A DNA stretch of 64,000 nt from Clostridia bacterium (GTDB taxonomy: Bacteria; Bacillota; Clostridia; Oscillospirales; CAG-382). Below, in pieces: positions 29,709 to 40,566 of this stretch. Numbering within the stretch: the stretch's first letter is position 1; the number at the start of each line of letters is the position of its first letter. The position numbers were made by a program, and so were the translations under genes. The stretch covers positions 395 through 64,394 of the forward strand of contig JAFTIR010000021.1 of NCBI GenBank assembly GCA_017456765.1, read 5' to 3'. The notes under the pieces are model-generated. The model was not told the DNA's origin. It saw nothing but the letters and a program-made list of their open reading frames with translations, and did no database searches.

Positions 29709-31064
29709 ATGAACAGTTTTCCCGAAACAAATAACGAAAAATTACATGATACAGAGAATAAGGGGCACATAAATGTACTCCTTGTCGCAATATACCCGGA
29801 TAATGATATGCTCTCATGGTGTGAGGATTCCCTTTCGGAGCTTCAGCTTCTTGCCGAAACCTCAATAGGGGAGGATGCCGAGAATTCAAGGTTCTTTAAG
29901 ATGACCCAGTGTAAGAGTCATCCGGATGTGGCAACCTATCTTGGCTACGGAAAGGCGATAGAGGCGGGTAAGCTCTGTAGTGATAATAATATTTCTCTTG
30001 TTGTTGTTGACGGTGAAATGTCACCCTCTCAGATAAGAAACCTTGAGAAAGAAATTGTCGGCTGTTTTGAGGATAAACAAAAGGCAAACGTCAGGGTAAT
30101 AGACAGAACAATGCTTATCCTTGACATTTTCGCAAAGCACGCCGTTACGGGCGAAGGTAAACTTCAGGTTGAAATCGCACAGCTAAAATATACAGCACCT
30201 CGTCTTACCGGACGTGGAATAGATCTTTCAAGACAGGGCGGTACAAGCGGCTCTATCGGCTCACGTGGCCCCGGTGAAACAAAGCTTGAGACCGACAGAA
30301 GACATATCCAAAGACGTATTCTTTCCCTGAAAAATGCCCTTTCGGAAATGGAAAAGGACAGAAGCACAAAACGGAGCAAGCGAATAAAGGGCGGCGTTCC
30401 TCTTGCTGTTATTTCGGGTTATACAAATGCAGGTAAATCCACACTTCTCAATTACCTGACAGATGCAAATATCCTTGCCGAGGATAAGCTCTTTGCAACC
30501 CTTGACCCGACGGTAAGAAAACTGACTCTTCCCTCGGGAAGAAACATTCTTCTTTCTGATACTGTTGGATTTATCTCGCGGCTTCCTCACGGACTTGTCG
30601 AGGCATTCAAATCAACTCTTGATGAGGTGAGATACGCCGATATTGTGCTTATAGTCATTGATGCTTCGGATGAAAATGCCAAGGAAAAAACAAAGGTAAC
30701 AGAGGATATTCTCTCCCAGCTTGATGCGGCGGATAAGCCTACTATCTATGTCTTCAATAAATGTGACAGGCTTGAAGTCGTTCCTGCGGCAGATGCACTC
30801 AAAAATCATAGCACTGTCTGTATTTCAGCAAAGACGGGCGACGGTGTCGACAATCTCCTGTCAATGATTGACGAGGTGCTTGCAAAGTCTAAAAGACAAA
30901 TAAAATTCCTTTTTCCTTTTGATATGCAGGCGGCTGTAAATAACCTTTATGAAAATGCCACCGTTGTTTCAACAGAATATATCGAAAGCGGAGTTTTAGT
31001 TGAGGCAATAGTTGACGAAAAATGTATGGGAAAGTATGAAAATTACATTTTTGATGATAAATAA
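29709..31064 (+). CDS. hflX: GTPase HflX
   Basis: LILDIFA, EGKLQVE, RGPGETKLE, GYTNAGKST, LFATLD, DTVGFI, NKCD. Confidence 0.96.
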   Translation: MNSFPETNNEKLHDTENKGHINVLLVAIYPDNDMLSWCEDSLSELQLLAETSIGEDAENSRFFKMTQCKSHPDVATYLGYGKAIEAGKLCSDNNISLVVVDGEMSPSQIRNLEKEIVGCFEDKQKANVRVIDRTMLILDIFAKHAVTGEGKLQVEIAQLKYTAPRLTGRGIDLSRQGGTSGSIGSRGPGETKLETDRRHIQRRILSLKNALSEMEKDRSTKRSKRIKGGVPLAVISGYTNAGKSTLLNYLTDANILAEDKLFATLDPTVRKLTLPSGRNILLSDTVGFISRLPHGLVEAFKSTLDEVRYADIVLIVIDASDENAKEKTKVTEDILSQLDAADKPTIYVFNKCDRLEVVPAADALKNHSTVCISAKTGDGVDNLLSMIDEVLAKSKRQIKFLFPFDMQAAVNNLYENATVVSTEYIESGVLVEAIVDEKCMGKYENYIFDDK

Positions 31065-31145
31065 TAAAAAAATGTCAATTTTGAAAAAATAAAAAAAGTG
31101 TTTTTCTTTTTTGGGAAGTATAATAGGATATAAGGAGTTGATAGT

Positions 31146-32177
31146 ATGTCAAAGGAAAGCGGAATCTATTGCGGTCTTGATGGCTTTGAGCTTTGCGAAT
31201 TTGCGACACTTTCGTCAAATTCCAAGGGTAGGGCAAGAAGCGAAGACGGCGATGTTTGCGACATACGTACTCCCTTTATGCGTGACCGTGACAGGATTAT
31301 ACATTCAAAATCCTTCCGCAGACTTATGCATAAAACCCAGTGCTTTCTCTCACCCGAGGGAGACCACTACAGAACAAGACTTACCCATACCCTTGAGGTG
31401 TCCCAGATTGCAAGAACTATTGCAAGGGCGCTTCACTTAAACGAAGATTTGACCGAGGCAATTGCCCTTGGACACGACCTTGGTCATACTCCTTTTGGTC
31501 ATGCCGGAGAGAGAGAACTCGATAAGCTGTGTCCCGATGGCTTTAAGCATAATGAGCAGAGCCTTCGTGTTGTTGATATTATTGAGCGTGAGGGACAAGG
31601 CTTAAATCTCACATATGAGGTGAGAGACGGTATTCTGTGTCATACGGGCGATGCCGAGGCTGATACACCCGAGGGCATGATTATAAAACTTGCCGACAGA
31701 ATTGCTTATATAAATCATGATATTGATGATGCAGTAAGGGCAGGGGTTCTCAGCGAGAGAGATATTCCTTTCGGACTTCGTGCGGTGCTTGGCGAAACAC
31801 ATTCTGACAGAATTGATACTATGGTAAAGAGCGTTATCAGGGCAACAAGCAAGAATTTTAAAAACGGAATTTGTAAGGTTGCCATGGAAGCCAATATGTA
31901 TGACAGTACCATGACACTGCGTAAGTTTCTGTTTGATAACGTTTACTTTAACCCTGTCGCAAAGAGTGAAGAAACAAAGGCTTGCGACATGATAAATAAG
32001 ATGTATGAATATTTCTGTAAGAATGCAGATAAAATACCCTTTGAATACAGGAAAAATCTTGAAATCGGAGGTACGGTTGAAAGAACCGTCTGCGATTATA
32101 TTGCCTGCATGACCGACAGATACGCCGTGCAGACATTCCAGAATTTGTTTATACCAAAAAAGTGGGCAATACTTTAA
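31146..32177 (+). CDS. dgt: Deoxyguanosinetriphosphate triphosphohydrolase (dGTPase)
   Basis: RDRDRIIHSKSFRRL, RTRLTHTLEV, HDLGHTPFGHAGE, DYIACMTD; upstream of dnaG. Confidence 0.93.
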   Translation: MSKESGIYCGLDGFELCEFATLSSNSKGRARSEDGDVCDIRTPFMRDRDRIIHSKSFRRLMHKTQCFLSPEGDHYRTRLTHTLEVSQIARTIARALHLNEDLTEAIALGHDLGHTPFGHAGERELDKLCPDGFKHNEQSLRVVDIIEREGQGLNLTYEVRDGILCHTGDAEADTPEGMIIKLADRIAYINHDIDDAVRAGVLSERDIPFGLRAVLGETHSDRIDTMVKSVIRATSKNFKNGICKVAMEANMYDSTMTLRKFLFDNVYFNPVAKSEETKACDMINKMYEYFCKNADKIPFEYRKNLEIGGTVERTVCDYIACMTDRYAVQTFQNLFIPKKWAIL

Positions 32178-32207
32178 TTTAGAGAATAATCGGGAGGTGA
32201 ACGCATA

Positions 32208-34007
32208 ATGGCATATCCACAAGGGTTTATACAAGAATTAAAGATGCGTTCACCTGTACAGGATGTAATAGGTCGCTATGTTGAACTAAAGAGGGCGGGA
32301 CGGAATCTCGTCGGAAGATGCCCTTTTCATAGCGAAAAAACACCGTCCTTTACGGTGTTCGAGGATAATTTTCATTGCTTTGGCTGCGGTGCCGGCGGTG
32401 ACGTTATCACCTTTGCCATGAGAATTGAAAACCTCGACTATAAGGATGCTGTCACATTCCTTGCTGATAGGTGCGGGATGACTGTACCTCAGGAGGATAG
32501 ACGCTATTCCAATATTGAAAAGCCGAAACTTTCAAGAGAGAGAGCCTTCTCAATGAATAAGGCGGCGGCGAGAATTTTCTATGACAATTTAGCTTCCCCC
32601 GAGGGAGAGGTGGCAAGACAGTATCTTGCAAATAGAAATCTTGAGGCGGCGACAATAAAACGCTTTGGTCTCGGATACGCAAAGAATGAGTTTTATGATC
32701 TTTATAATAAACTGTCGGCGCTCGGCTATACAAAGGACGAGATAAAGGAGAATTTCCTCTGCGGCATTTCCCAAAAGAGCGGAAAACCCTTTGATATGTT
32801 CCGAAACCGTATAATGTTTCCCATAATTGATACCTCGGGAAATGTTATTGCTTTTGGCGGAAGAGTGCTTGATGACTCAAAACCCAAATATCTGAACTCC
32901 TCGGACACGGTTGTTTTCCGCAAGGGAAAACAGCTCTTTGCTTTAAATTACGCAAAGGATGTGCTTCTGGGCAATGTCGAAAGTAAACTTGTAAAGAGCG
33001 GAGAAATAATTCTATGTGAGGGGTATATGGACGTTATCGCCATGCACCAGGCAGGCTTTACAAATGCCGTAGCCACTCTCGGAACGGCGATAACCGCTGA
33101 GCACGCAAGGGTTGTTTCAAGATACGCAAAGACAGCCTTTCTTGCCTATGACAGCGACGATGCCGGAAGAAAGGCGGCCGATAAGGCAATGACACTTCTT
33201 AATGAAGTGGGTGTTGACACAAAGATTATCCGTATGCAAAATGCAAAAGACCCTGATGAATACATAAAGAAGTTCGGAGCAGAAAGCTATGCAAAGCTGC
33301 TTTCAGGCTCTGTAGGACAGATTGACTTTAAACTCAACGGTGTTCTCTCAAAGTATAATATGAATAACCCAGATGAAAAACTTAGGGCTGTTGACGAATG
33401 CTGTAAGGTAATTTCATCAATCTACTCTGAAGTAAAGCAGGATATATATATCCAAAGGCTTTCTGAGATTACGGGTGTTAAGACCGAGAGCATACGAAGT
33501 ATGATAAGCCGTGACAAAAGAAAGAGTGCAGGAAAGGTAAAGGCAGAAAGACGCGCCGATACCGAAAAAAAGACAATGCACTTTGACGACAGAATAAATC
33601 CTGAGGCAATTGCAAATCCCGTGGCGGTTGAAATTGAAGAAAGAATACTCGGAATTATCCTGCTTATGCCCGAGGAATACGCAAAGTGCGATGCAATTTC
33701 AAAGGACGACTTTGTAACCTCGTTCAGTGCCAGAGTATTTGGTGCCGTTACCGATTTGTATAAAGAAAATATCACTGACCTTACGCCTTTAAATGAAATG
33801 TTCACCCCCGAAGAGGTTGCAAGAATATTTGATATGAGGTTTAAGCGTAGCGAGCTTTCCGCAAACGGAACCGCAGCGCTTAATGAGCAAATAGCGGCAC
33901 TCAAAAAGGAAAAAATGAAAGCTGCCGCTAAGACAAAGAACATTTCCTCCGATGAGGATTTGATAAATCTTATTTCCAAGGCCCGAAAGGATAAGGGAAT
34001 AAACTGA
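32208..34007 (+). CDS. dnaG: DNA primase
   Basis: [11 protein letters not shown]...HCFGC zinc finger, [33 protein letters not shown]. Confidence 0.97.
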   Translation: MAYPQGFIQELKMRSPVQDVIGRYVELKRAGRNLVGRCPFHSEKTPSFTVFEDNFHCFGCGAGGDVITFAMRIENLDYKDAVTFLADRCGMTVPQEDRRYSNIEKPKLSRERAFSMNKAAARIFYDNLASPEGEVARQYLANRNLEAATIKRFGLGYAKNEFYDLYNKLSALGYTKDEIKENFLCGISQKSGKPFDMFRNRIMFPIIDTSGNVIAFGGRVLDDSKPKYLNSSDTVVFRKGKQLFALNYAKDVLLGNVESKLVKSGEIILCEGYMDVIAMHQAGFTNAVATLGTAITAEHARVVSRYAKTAFLAYDSDDAGRKAADKAMTLLNEVGVDTKIIRMQNAKDPDEYIKKFGAESYAKLLSGSVGQIDFKLNGVLSKYNMNNPDEKLRAVDECCKVISSIYSEVKQDIYIQRLSEITGVKTESIRSMISRDKRKSAGKVKAERRADTEKKTMHFDDRINPEAIANPVAVEIEERILGIILLMPEEYAKCDAISKDDFVTSFSARVFGAVTDLYKENITDLTPLNEMFTPEEVARIFDMRFKRSELSANGTAALNEQIAALKKEKMKAAAKTKNISSDEDLINLISKARKDKGIN

Positions 34008-34059
34008 ATGTGTTAAATACAGAATGTCGCAAATTTTGCGACTGAAAGGAAGTATAACT

Positions 34060-35337
34060 ATGCCAAGAAAAAAGAAAGAGGTTCTCGAAGAAGCAGTGGA
34101 GGTTGTTGAGAACGGTGCTTCGGAAGAAATAGCAGATGCGGCACAGGAAGTTGCCGAAGAATCTGTCGCACAGGAAAAGCCCAAGAGAAAAAGAGCATCA
34201 AAGGCATCAAAGGAAAACGAAGCAGATGCACCCACGCCCAGAAGAAAGAACGATATTCAGGAGCTTCTTGAAAAGGGTAAGGCGAAGGGTTCTCTTACAA
34301 ACGAAGAAATCCTTGAAGTTCTCGATGAAGAAGAGCTTGACGTTGAAAACATGGAAAAGCTCATGGAAACAATTGAAAATCTCGGCATCGAGGTTACAGG
34401 CTATAACGATGAATCCTTCAGCGACCTCGAAGCAGGTCTTTCAAATGTTGATTCCATGGGTGAATACTCCGATGAAGATTCCGAAAGTCTACTCGGTCAG
34501 GACGGTCTCATTATCGATGACCCTGTAAAGATGTACCTTAAGGAAATCGGTAAGGTTGACCTTTTGAACACAGAGCAGGAGCTTGAGCTTGCCGAAAAAA
34601 TGGCGGCAGGTGATGAAAGAGCAAAGCAAAAGCTGGTTGAAAGTAACCTTCGTCTTGTTGTCAGCATTGCAAAAAGATATGTTGGCAGAGGTATGTTCTT
34701 CCTTGACCTTATCCAAGAGGGAAATCTCGGTCTTATGAAGGCGGTCGAAAAGTTCGACTATACAAAGGGATATAAGTTCTCGACCTATGCAACCTGGTGG
34801 ATAAGACAGGCAATTACCCGTGCCATCGCAGACCAGGCAAGAACAATCAGAATTCCCGTTCATATGGTTGAAACCATAAATAAGGTTCTTCGTGTTTCCC
34901 GTCAGCTTCTTCAGGAGCTTGGCAGAGAAGCGACAACCGAAGAAATCGCATCAAAGATGAATATGAGTGTTGAAAAGGTAAGAGATATTATGAAGCTGGC
35001 TCAGGAGCCTGTCAGCCTTGAAACACCTATCGGTGAAGAGGAGGACAGCCACCTCGGCGACTTTATTCCCGATGACGATGCTCCAGCACCTGCGGAAGCG
35101 GCTTCCTATACGCTTCTTCGCGAGCAGCTTTGCGAGGTGCTTCACACCCTTACTCCAAGAGAAGAACACGTTCTTAAACTCCGCTTCGGTCTTGAGGACG
35201 GCAGAACAAGAACACTTGAAGAGGTCGGTAAGGTGTTTAATATCACCCGTGAACGCATCCGCCAGATTGAGGCAAAGGCATTGCGTAAACTCCGCCATCC
35301 CAGCCGTTCAAAGAGACTCAGAGATTATCTCGATTAA
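34060..35337 (+). CDS. rpoD: RNA polymerase primary sigma factor
   Basis: [67 protein letters not shown]. Confidence 0.97.
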   Translation: MPRKKKEVLEEAVEVVENGASEEIADAAQEVAEESVAQEKPKRKRASKASKENEADAPTPRRKNDIQELLEKGKAKGSLTNEEILEVLDEEELDVENMEKLMETIENLGIEVTGYNDESFSDLEAGLSNVDSMGEYSDEDSESLLGQDGLIIDDPVKMYLKEIGKVDLLNTEQELELAEKMAAGDERAKQKLVESNLRLVVSIAKRYVGRGMFFLDLIQEGNLGLMKAVEKFDYTKGYKFSTYATWWIRQAITRAIADQARTIRIPVHMVETINKVLRVSRQLLQELGREATTEEIASKMNMSVEKVRDIMKLAQEPVSLETPIGEEEDSHLGDFIPDDDAPAPAEAASYTLLREQLCEVLHTLTPREEHVLKLRFGLEDGRTRTLEEVGKVFNITRERIRQIEAKALRKLRHPSRSKRLRDYLD

Positions 35338-35348
35338 CAGGTGAAAAT

Positions 35349-36026
35349 ATGAAAATAGGAATAATTGCAGCCCTCGACTGTGAAATGGAAGAATTCTGCC
35401 GTGATTTCGGTGCTGTTGACAGCGGTCACTACGGGATTTTTTCGGGCAAATGTAAGGAGCATGATGTCTATATCTGCCTTGCAGGTGTAGGAAAGGTAAA
35501 TGCTGCGGCTAATACACAAAGACTTATTGACCTTTTCGGGGTTGATTATGTTATAAATTCGGGCGTTGCAGGTTGTACCTGTAATCACCTTGGTGTTTGC
35601 GACGTGGTTATATCAAAAGAGCTTACATATCACGATTTTTCGCCCCTTGATATACTTGATAAGTACGCACCCAATGCGTCGGTCTTCAAAGCAAATGAAA
35701 AACTTGTAAAGCTGGCAAATGACGCCTGCGCAAAAATTGAAGACGAAAATTTCCGCTACGATACGGGAATGATTGTAACAGGTGATATTTTCGTTGAGGA
35801 CAGCACACTTGTAAAAAAATTCAGAGACAATTTCGGCGCACTCTGTACCGAAATGGAGGGCGCGGCGGTAGCACACGTATGCCTTCTCAATAAAGTGCCC
35901 TTTGTGGTAATACGGGCAATGTCGGACAACGCTGACGAAAAGGCAGATATGTCATTTAATGAAATGGCGGCTATTGCGGCAAAAAGAGCCGGCTTTGTTT
36001 CGACATATATTATATCCAATTTGTAA
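35349..36026 (+). CDS. mtnN: MTA/SAH nucleosidase
   Basis: IGIIAA, GVGKVNAA, INSGVAG, TGDIF, EMEGAAVAHVC, IRAMSDNA. Confidence 0.92.
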   Translation: MKIGIIAALDCEMEEFCRDFGAVDSGHYGIFSGKCKEHDVYICLAGVGKVNAAANTQRLIDLFGVDYVINSGVAGCTCNHLGVCDVVISKELTYHDFSPLDILDKYAPNASVFKANEKLVKLANDACAKIEDENFRYDTGMIVTGDIFVEDSTLVKKFRDNFGALCTEMEGAAVAHVCLLNKVPFVVIRAMSDNADEKADMSFNEMAAIAAKRAGFVSTYIISNL

Positions 36027-36043
36027 TTTACGGAGAAATTGAA

Positions 36044-38128
36044 ATGTTAAAGAAAAAGGATAACCGTTCACTTAATAAAAGCATAGACCTTTTGCGTATT
36101 GTCATAATGTCTGTGCTTTTCGGTGCGGTTATCCTTTTGTTTGTTTTTAAACTTGCAGTTCTTCAGATAATAGAGCATGACAGTTACTCGTCAGAGGCGG
36201 TACTCAAGACATACAAAACCCGTCCCATTGAAATGAGCAGGGGACATATATACGACAGAAACGGCGTGCTTCTTGTTTCCAATGAAAAAATGTACAATGT
36301 TGCTGTTCAGTATTCCACTCTTGACGGACTGGATTATAATACATCACTTTTAAAGTTCATTGATTTCTGTGATAAACATTCAATTGAGCTTTCTGAAAAC
36401 CTTCCCGTTTCAAAAAACGCGCCGTATGTTTTTGACGAGGATTATATCTTTGATGAAACTAAGGAAAAACTGCTTAATGAGTTTATAGAGATAAATCTTC
36501 TTTCTGATGAGCCGCTTTTTGGCGGTGATGAAGCCTTTTATAACTATCTTTGTAAGCGCTACGGGGTCGAGGATATGGACACGTCTTCTGCCAGAATCAG
36601 ACTCCTTGTCGGAATAAGATATGACATGGAAACCCATAGCTTCGGCTATTTTGATAACTATGTGCTTATTTCGGATGTTGATGAAAGAGTTCGCACACTT
36701 ATCACCGAAAACCTCTACAGTATGCACGGAATCGTGATAGTCACAGAGGATAAACGGTATTATAATAAAAATAGTCTTGCATCACATGTTCTCGGAAGAA
36801 TAGGTAAGCTCGACTCTTCCGATGTTGAGTATTATGTGAATGAAAAGGGATATTCCTACGATGAAACGGTGGGAAGAGAAGGTGCCGAGAAGGCTTTTGA
36901 AGAATATCTTCACGGATATAACGGTATAGAACGAATAGAAATTGATAAAAATAATAATATAGTTTCAAGTGAGGTTCTCAAAGAGGGTAAAAACGGATAT
37001 TCCGTAAATCTCACCATCGATTCCGAAATGCAACGGATTGCAGAAGAAGCCCTTGCGGAGCAGATAGATACGGCGAGACGAATCGGACTTTCCGATTATG
37101 TTTCATATAACGGTGAGGACTGTAATGCAGGAAGTGTCGTTGTAATGGGGGCAAAAACCGGCGAGGTGCTTGCCTGTGCCAGCCTTCCTAATTATAATCT
37201 CAACACATTCTCGCTTGATATAGACTTGCTCAATTCCAATGAGGCGCGCCCTCTTGTAAACAGAGCAACGCTCGGTATTTATCCTCCCGGCTCAACCTTT
37301 AAAATTGCCACAGCCGTTGCCGCACTCTCTGAGGGTGTAATTACACCAAATACAATTATCAATGACACCGGTCGCTATACTGCCTATGAAGACTATCAGC
37401 CTGCCTGCTGGTCGCTGACCAAAAGGGGCTACGGTCATGGCTGGGTTGACTTGAGGGCGGCAATTGAGCAGTCTTGTAACTACTACTTTTATAAGGTCGC
37501 GGATGACATGGGAATTGATGCTCTTACAAAGTACGCATCACTCCTTGGTCTCGGACAGAAAACGGGAATTGAGCTTCCCGAATCCGAAGGCATCCTTGCA
37601 GGTCCCGAATACCGTGACAGCAAAGGCCTTTTGTGGAATCCCGGCGATACGCTCCAGGCGGCAATCGGGCAGTCGGATAATGCCTTTACTCCCATTCAGC
37701 TCTGCTCTTATATGAGCGCTGTTGTAAATGGCGGTAAGAGATATAAGGCTACACTTCTTAGTTCTGTTGTTGACTTTTACACGGGAGAGACGGTGTTTAA
37801 AAATAAGCCCGTAGTTCTCAGCGAGGTGGGTATTCCGTCAGACACGGCAGAGATTCTCAAAGGTGCCATGAAGTCGGTTGTCGATGAGGGTACTGCAAGC
37901 TCGGTATTCTTGAATTATGATTATGAAATCGGCGGAAAAACGGGTACTGCACAGGTTTCAAGCGGAAGCGATACTGTTTTGTTTGTCGGATTTGCCCCCT
38001 ATGATGACCCTGAGATTGTAGTGTCGGTTGTAGTTGAACACGGCGACCAGAGCTCGCGTGCAACTCTTGTCGCAAAAGCAATTTTCGACTACTATTTCGG
38101 CGTAAATGAAAAAGTCGATGGAGAATAA
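36044..38128 (+). CDS. Class B penicillin-binding protein (PBP2/MrdA-like)
   Basis: N-terminal TM, RGHIYDRNG, PGSTFK (SxxK), SCN (SxN), KTGTAQ. Confidence 0.9.
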   Translation: MLKKKDNRSLNKSIDLLRIVIMSVLFGAVILLFVFKLAVLQIIEHDSYSSEAVLKTYKTRPIEMSRGHIYDRNGVLLVSNEKMYNVAVQYSTLDGLDYNTSLLKFIDFCDKHSIELSENLPVSKNAPYVFDEDYIFDETKEKLLNEFIEINLLSDEPLFGGDEAFYNYLCKRYGVEDMDTSSARIRLLVGIRYDMETHSFGYFDNYVLISDVDERVRTLITENLYSMHGIVIVTEDKRYYNKNSLASHVLGRIGKLDSSDVEYYVNEKGYSYDETVGREGAEKAFEEYLHGYNGIERIEIDKNNNIVSSEVLKEGKNGYSVNLTIDSEMQRIAEEALAEQIDTARRIGLSDYVSYNGEDCNAGSVVVMGAKTGEVLACASLPNYNLNTFSLDIDLLNSNEARPLVNRATLGIYPPGSTFKIATAVAALSEGVITPNTIINDTGRYTAYEDYQPACWSLTKRGYGHGWVDLRAAIEQSCNYYFYKVADDMGIDALTKYASLLGLGQKTGIELPESEGILAGPEYRDSKGLLWNPGDTLQAAIGQSDNAFTPIQLCSYMSAVVNGGKRYKATLLSSVVDFYTGETVFKNKPVVLSEVGIPSDTAEILKGAMKSVVDEGTASSVFLNYDYEIGGKTGTAQVSSGSDTVLFVGFAPYDDPEIVVSVVVEHGDQSSRATLVAKAIFDYYFGVNEKVDGE

Positions 38129-38129
38129 A

Positions 38130-39230
38130 ATGAAAAAAATAAAAAATGCAGACAAAGGTATATTGTTGTTTAAAATAGGAGCCATTCTTTTTGCATATAC
38201 GACTCTTGTGCTTTTGCTCTGCATTTTTTCGCGCTCTTTTGCCGAAAGCTATTGCCGTACAGTATCTGCCTTTTTGAGATTTTTGCTCTCGACAGTTACG
38301 GGAGTTTTTCCGTTTTCGCTGGCAGAAGTCCTGCTCTTTCTTTTGCCGGTTACGTGGCTTGTATATGAGATAGCCTTAATAATAAAAAAACGTTTCAGAT
38401 TCAAAAGATTTCTCATGAGGATAGGGCTTTTTATCTTTGCGGCATATTTTTTGTTTATAAATATTTTCGGTGTCTGCTACGTAAGACGGCCGCTTGAAGA
38501 AAACATGGGTTTTGAAGTTGAAGAAATTACCGGAAGTGAGCTTGCCCGTGCGGCACTTTATATAAAAGGAGAGCTTGAAAAGACAGCAGATAAAGTTGAT
38601 TTTGCCGAGGGCGGTGCATCTACGAACCCTCATGAATGGAAAGCTATTAACGAAAAGTTAGACTACGGCTTTGAAAGACTTGAAAAGAAATATAAGTTTT
38701 TATCAGCAATAAATGCGGATGCAAAAAGAATTGTCCTTTCTCCCTATATGACCTATACCCATATATCGGGAGTGTTCATTCCCTTTACGGCGGAAGCCAA
38801 TGTAAACACGAATTATCCCGAATATGTAGTTGCCTTTTCAACGGCACACGAAAAGGCTCACCAGAGGGGAATTGCAGGGGAGGACGAGGCAAACTTTGTT
38901 GCATTTCTTGCTTGCCTTTCGTCACAGGACGATTATCTGAGGTATGTGGCATATCTTAGTATGTACGACTATTATCTTGAGGAAATATATCTGTCCGACA
39001 GTGAAATGTATTTTGATTTATTGAATGGCACCGACCGCAGAATACTCGGTGAAATGTACGCATATTCTGTTTTCTTCGATAAATATAGGGATTCTACAGC
39101 GTCAAAGGTCGCCGATACCGTAAATGATACCTATATTAAGACTATGGGCGACAGCGAAGGCACAAGAAGCTATGGCAGGGTAGTGAAGCTCTGCACGTCG
39201 TATTTGATGCATCAAAAAAATTTCAATTAG
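38130..39230 (+). CDS. DUF3810 family membrane protein, putative zinc metallopeptidase
   Basis: FPFSLAE, PFTAEANVN, HEKAHQRG...EDEANF (HExxH). Confidence 0.8.
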   Translation: MKKIKNADKGILLFKIGAILFAYTTLVLLLCIFSRSFAESYCRTVSAFLRFLLSTVTGVFPFSLAEVLLFLLPVTWLVYEIALIIKKRFRFKRFLMRIGLFIFAAYFLFINIFGVCYVRRPLEENMGFEVEEITGSELARAALYIKGELEKTADKVDFAEGGASTNPHEWKAINEKLDYGFERLEKKYKFLSAINADAKRIVLSPYMTYTHISGVFIPFTAEANVNTNYPEYVVAFSTAHEKAHQRGIAGEDEANFVAFLACLSSQDDYLRYVAYLSMYDYYLEEIYLSDSEMYFDLLNGTDRRILGEMYAYSVFFDKYRDSTASKVADTVNDTYIKTMGDSEGTRSYGRVVKLCTSYLMHQKNFN

Positions 39231-39445
39231 GTTTCCGCGGCTTTCGAGCCGCGTTTTCCGTTACTTTTGACTCAGCAAAAGTAACCAAAACTGCCCACTC
39301 TGCAAAAAATTACCGCTTCGCTCATATTTTTTGCGAGCCGTGGAGGCTCATACTCAACGGCATATTTGTAAAAGCTCTAATATTCATCCCACTAATAGGG
39401 ATGGTTCGCCTCGCCTTGCGAGGCCATAGCCTGCCAAAGGCAGGC
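39231..39445 (+). repeat. Structured repeat copy 1 (four-hairpin core plus 3' module)
   Basis: CGCGGCT-TTCG-AGCCGCG; GTTACTTTTG..CAAAAGTAAC-CAAAA; CCAC at 39295; GCAAAAAAT..ATTTTTTGC; GAGCC-GTGGA-GGCTC; then ATATTTGTAAAAG..CACTAATA and two GC hairpins shared with 42640-42724. Confidence 0.75.
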
Positions 39446-39494
39446 TTTCTCAGACATATTAGTGAATCTTTTATATGATTTTCCGCTGTTATTG

Positions 39495-39624
39495 CTTAGA
39501 GGGTAAAAAGGGGCACCACGCCCCGTGTCGGAATATCAAAAATTCCGACACATGAGTGGAGCGTTTTTGGTTTCTTTTGGGGCGAGCCAAAAGAAACTCG
39601 TCACCGCAGTGACGAAATTCTTCC
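39495..39624 (-). repeat. Structured repeat copy 2
   Basis: Reverse complement aligns with 42504-42637; plus strand aligns with 42806-42912 (CGACACATGAGYGGAGCGTTTTTGGTTTCTTTTGGGGCGWGCCAAAAGAAACTCG). Confidence 0.9.
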
Positions 39625-39709
39625 AAAGCAAAGGATTCCGCGCGGCTCAAGGTACGGAATTTATAAAAAAGACCATGGCAACATTAAATCACCACAGTCT
39701 TTTAATTAT

Positions 39710-40546
39710 CTATTCCTTCTGCGCAAGACAAACCCTTTCAACCTCAAACATATCACGAAGCAGACTTGCCGAAAACTTCTGCGAGCGGAAAATCGCCGCA
39801 ACTTCTTCGCCGATGTCGTAACCCACCTCAACAGCACAATAACCCTTGTCCGAAATAAATTTGTTTGCAAAATACTTTGCAATGAGCTTGTAAAAATCGA
39901 GTCCGTCGTGTCCGCCGTCAAGGGCGATTGCAGGTTCAAAAAGAACCTCGGGACTAAGAGAACTCATGTCGTCTGACTTTATATAGGGTGGATTTGAAAC
40001 GATTACGTCAGGCAGAAAGTTTGGGGTGTACTCGTATATGTCGGCACATATAAACTTTAATCTCTCGGGAGAAATGCCGTGATATTCGGCGTTTCTTTTT
40101 GCGTATTCAAGAGCATCTTTTGAAATGTCCACAGCCACCGCCGTAACATCGGGTCTGTTGTTTAAGACAGCCACCGAAATACATCCGCTTCCTGTGCATA
40201 GGTCAAGTAATTTTCCGTTGCGGGGCAGTTTCTTTATCGCAATTTCCGCCAGCATTTCGGTTTCGGGTCGGGGGATAAGACAGCCCTTGCCGCAGAACAT
40301 ACGAAGCCCGAAAAACTCCCATTCCCCGATGATGTACTGAAGCGGCTCAAACTCAAGACGCCTTTTTACGGCACTTGTGAGCTTTTCGAGAATTTCTCTG
40401 TCAAGAACGTTGCACCTTGTTAGAAGAAGCTCGCTCTTTTTCATTCCCGAAACGGCCTGCATCATTGTTTCAAGCTCAAATGAGGCGTTGTCACTTATAA
40501 GTTGTAATTTTGGTAGATATTCTGCTTTAAATTCGTTGTATGTCAT
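39710..40546 (-). CDS. prmC: Release factor glutamine methyltransferase
   Basis: EPLQYIIG, LIPRPETE, LDLCTGSGCI, SNPPYI, ALDGGHDGL. Confidence 0.95.
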   Translation of the reverse strand: MTYNEFKAEYLPKLQLISDNASFELETMMQAVSGMKKSELLLTRCNVLDREILEKLTSAVKRRLEFEPLQYIIGEWEFFGLRMFCGKGCLIPRPETEMLAEIAIKKLPRNGKLLDLCTGSGCISVAVLNNRPDVTAVAVDISKDALEYAKRNAEYHGISPERLKFICADIYEYTPNFLPDVIVSNPPYIKSDDMSSLSPEVLFEPAIALDGGHDGLDFYKLIAKYFANKFISDKGYCAVEVGYDIGEEVAAIFRSQKFSASLLRDMFEVERVCLAQKE

Positions 40547-40566
40547 AAATAATTTCCGAGTAATTC

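Noticed and set aside
39495-39624. Pistol, hammerhead or HDV ribozyme assignment for the repeat
   Set aside because: By eye the topology and conserved cores do not match (no CUGAnGA/GAAA core; hp3 is a local hairpin). Self-cleavage remains untested.
39525-39821. 98-aa ORF, plus ORFs 42446-42628, 42670-43080, 42813-43001 and 63623-63814
   Set aside because: They overlap the structured repeats, lack convincing RBSs or recognisable motifs, and the repeat variation preserves base pairing rather than codons.
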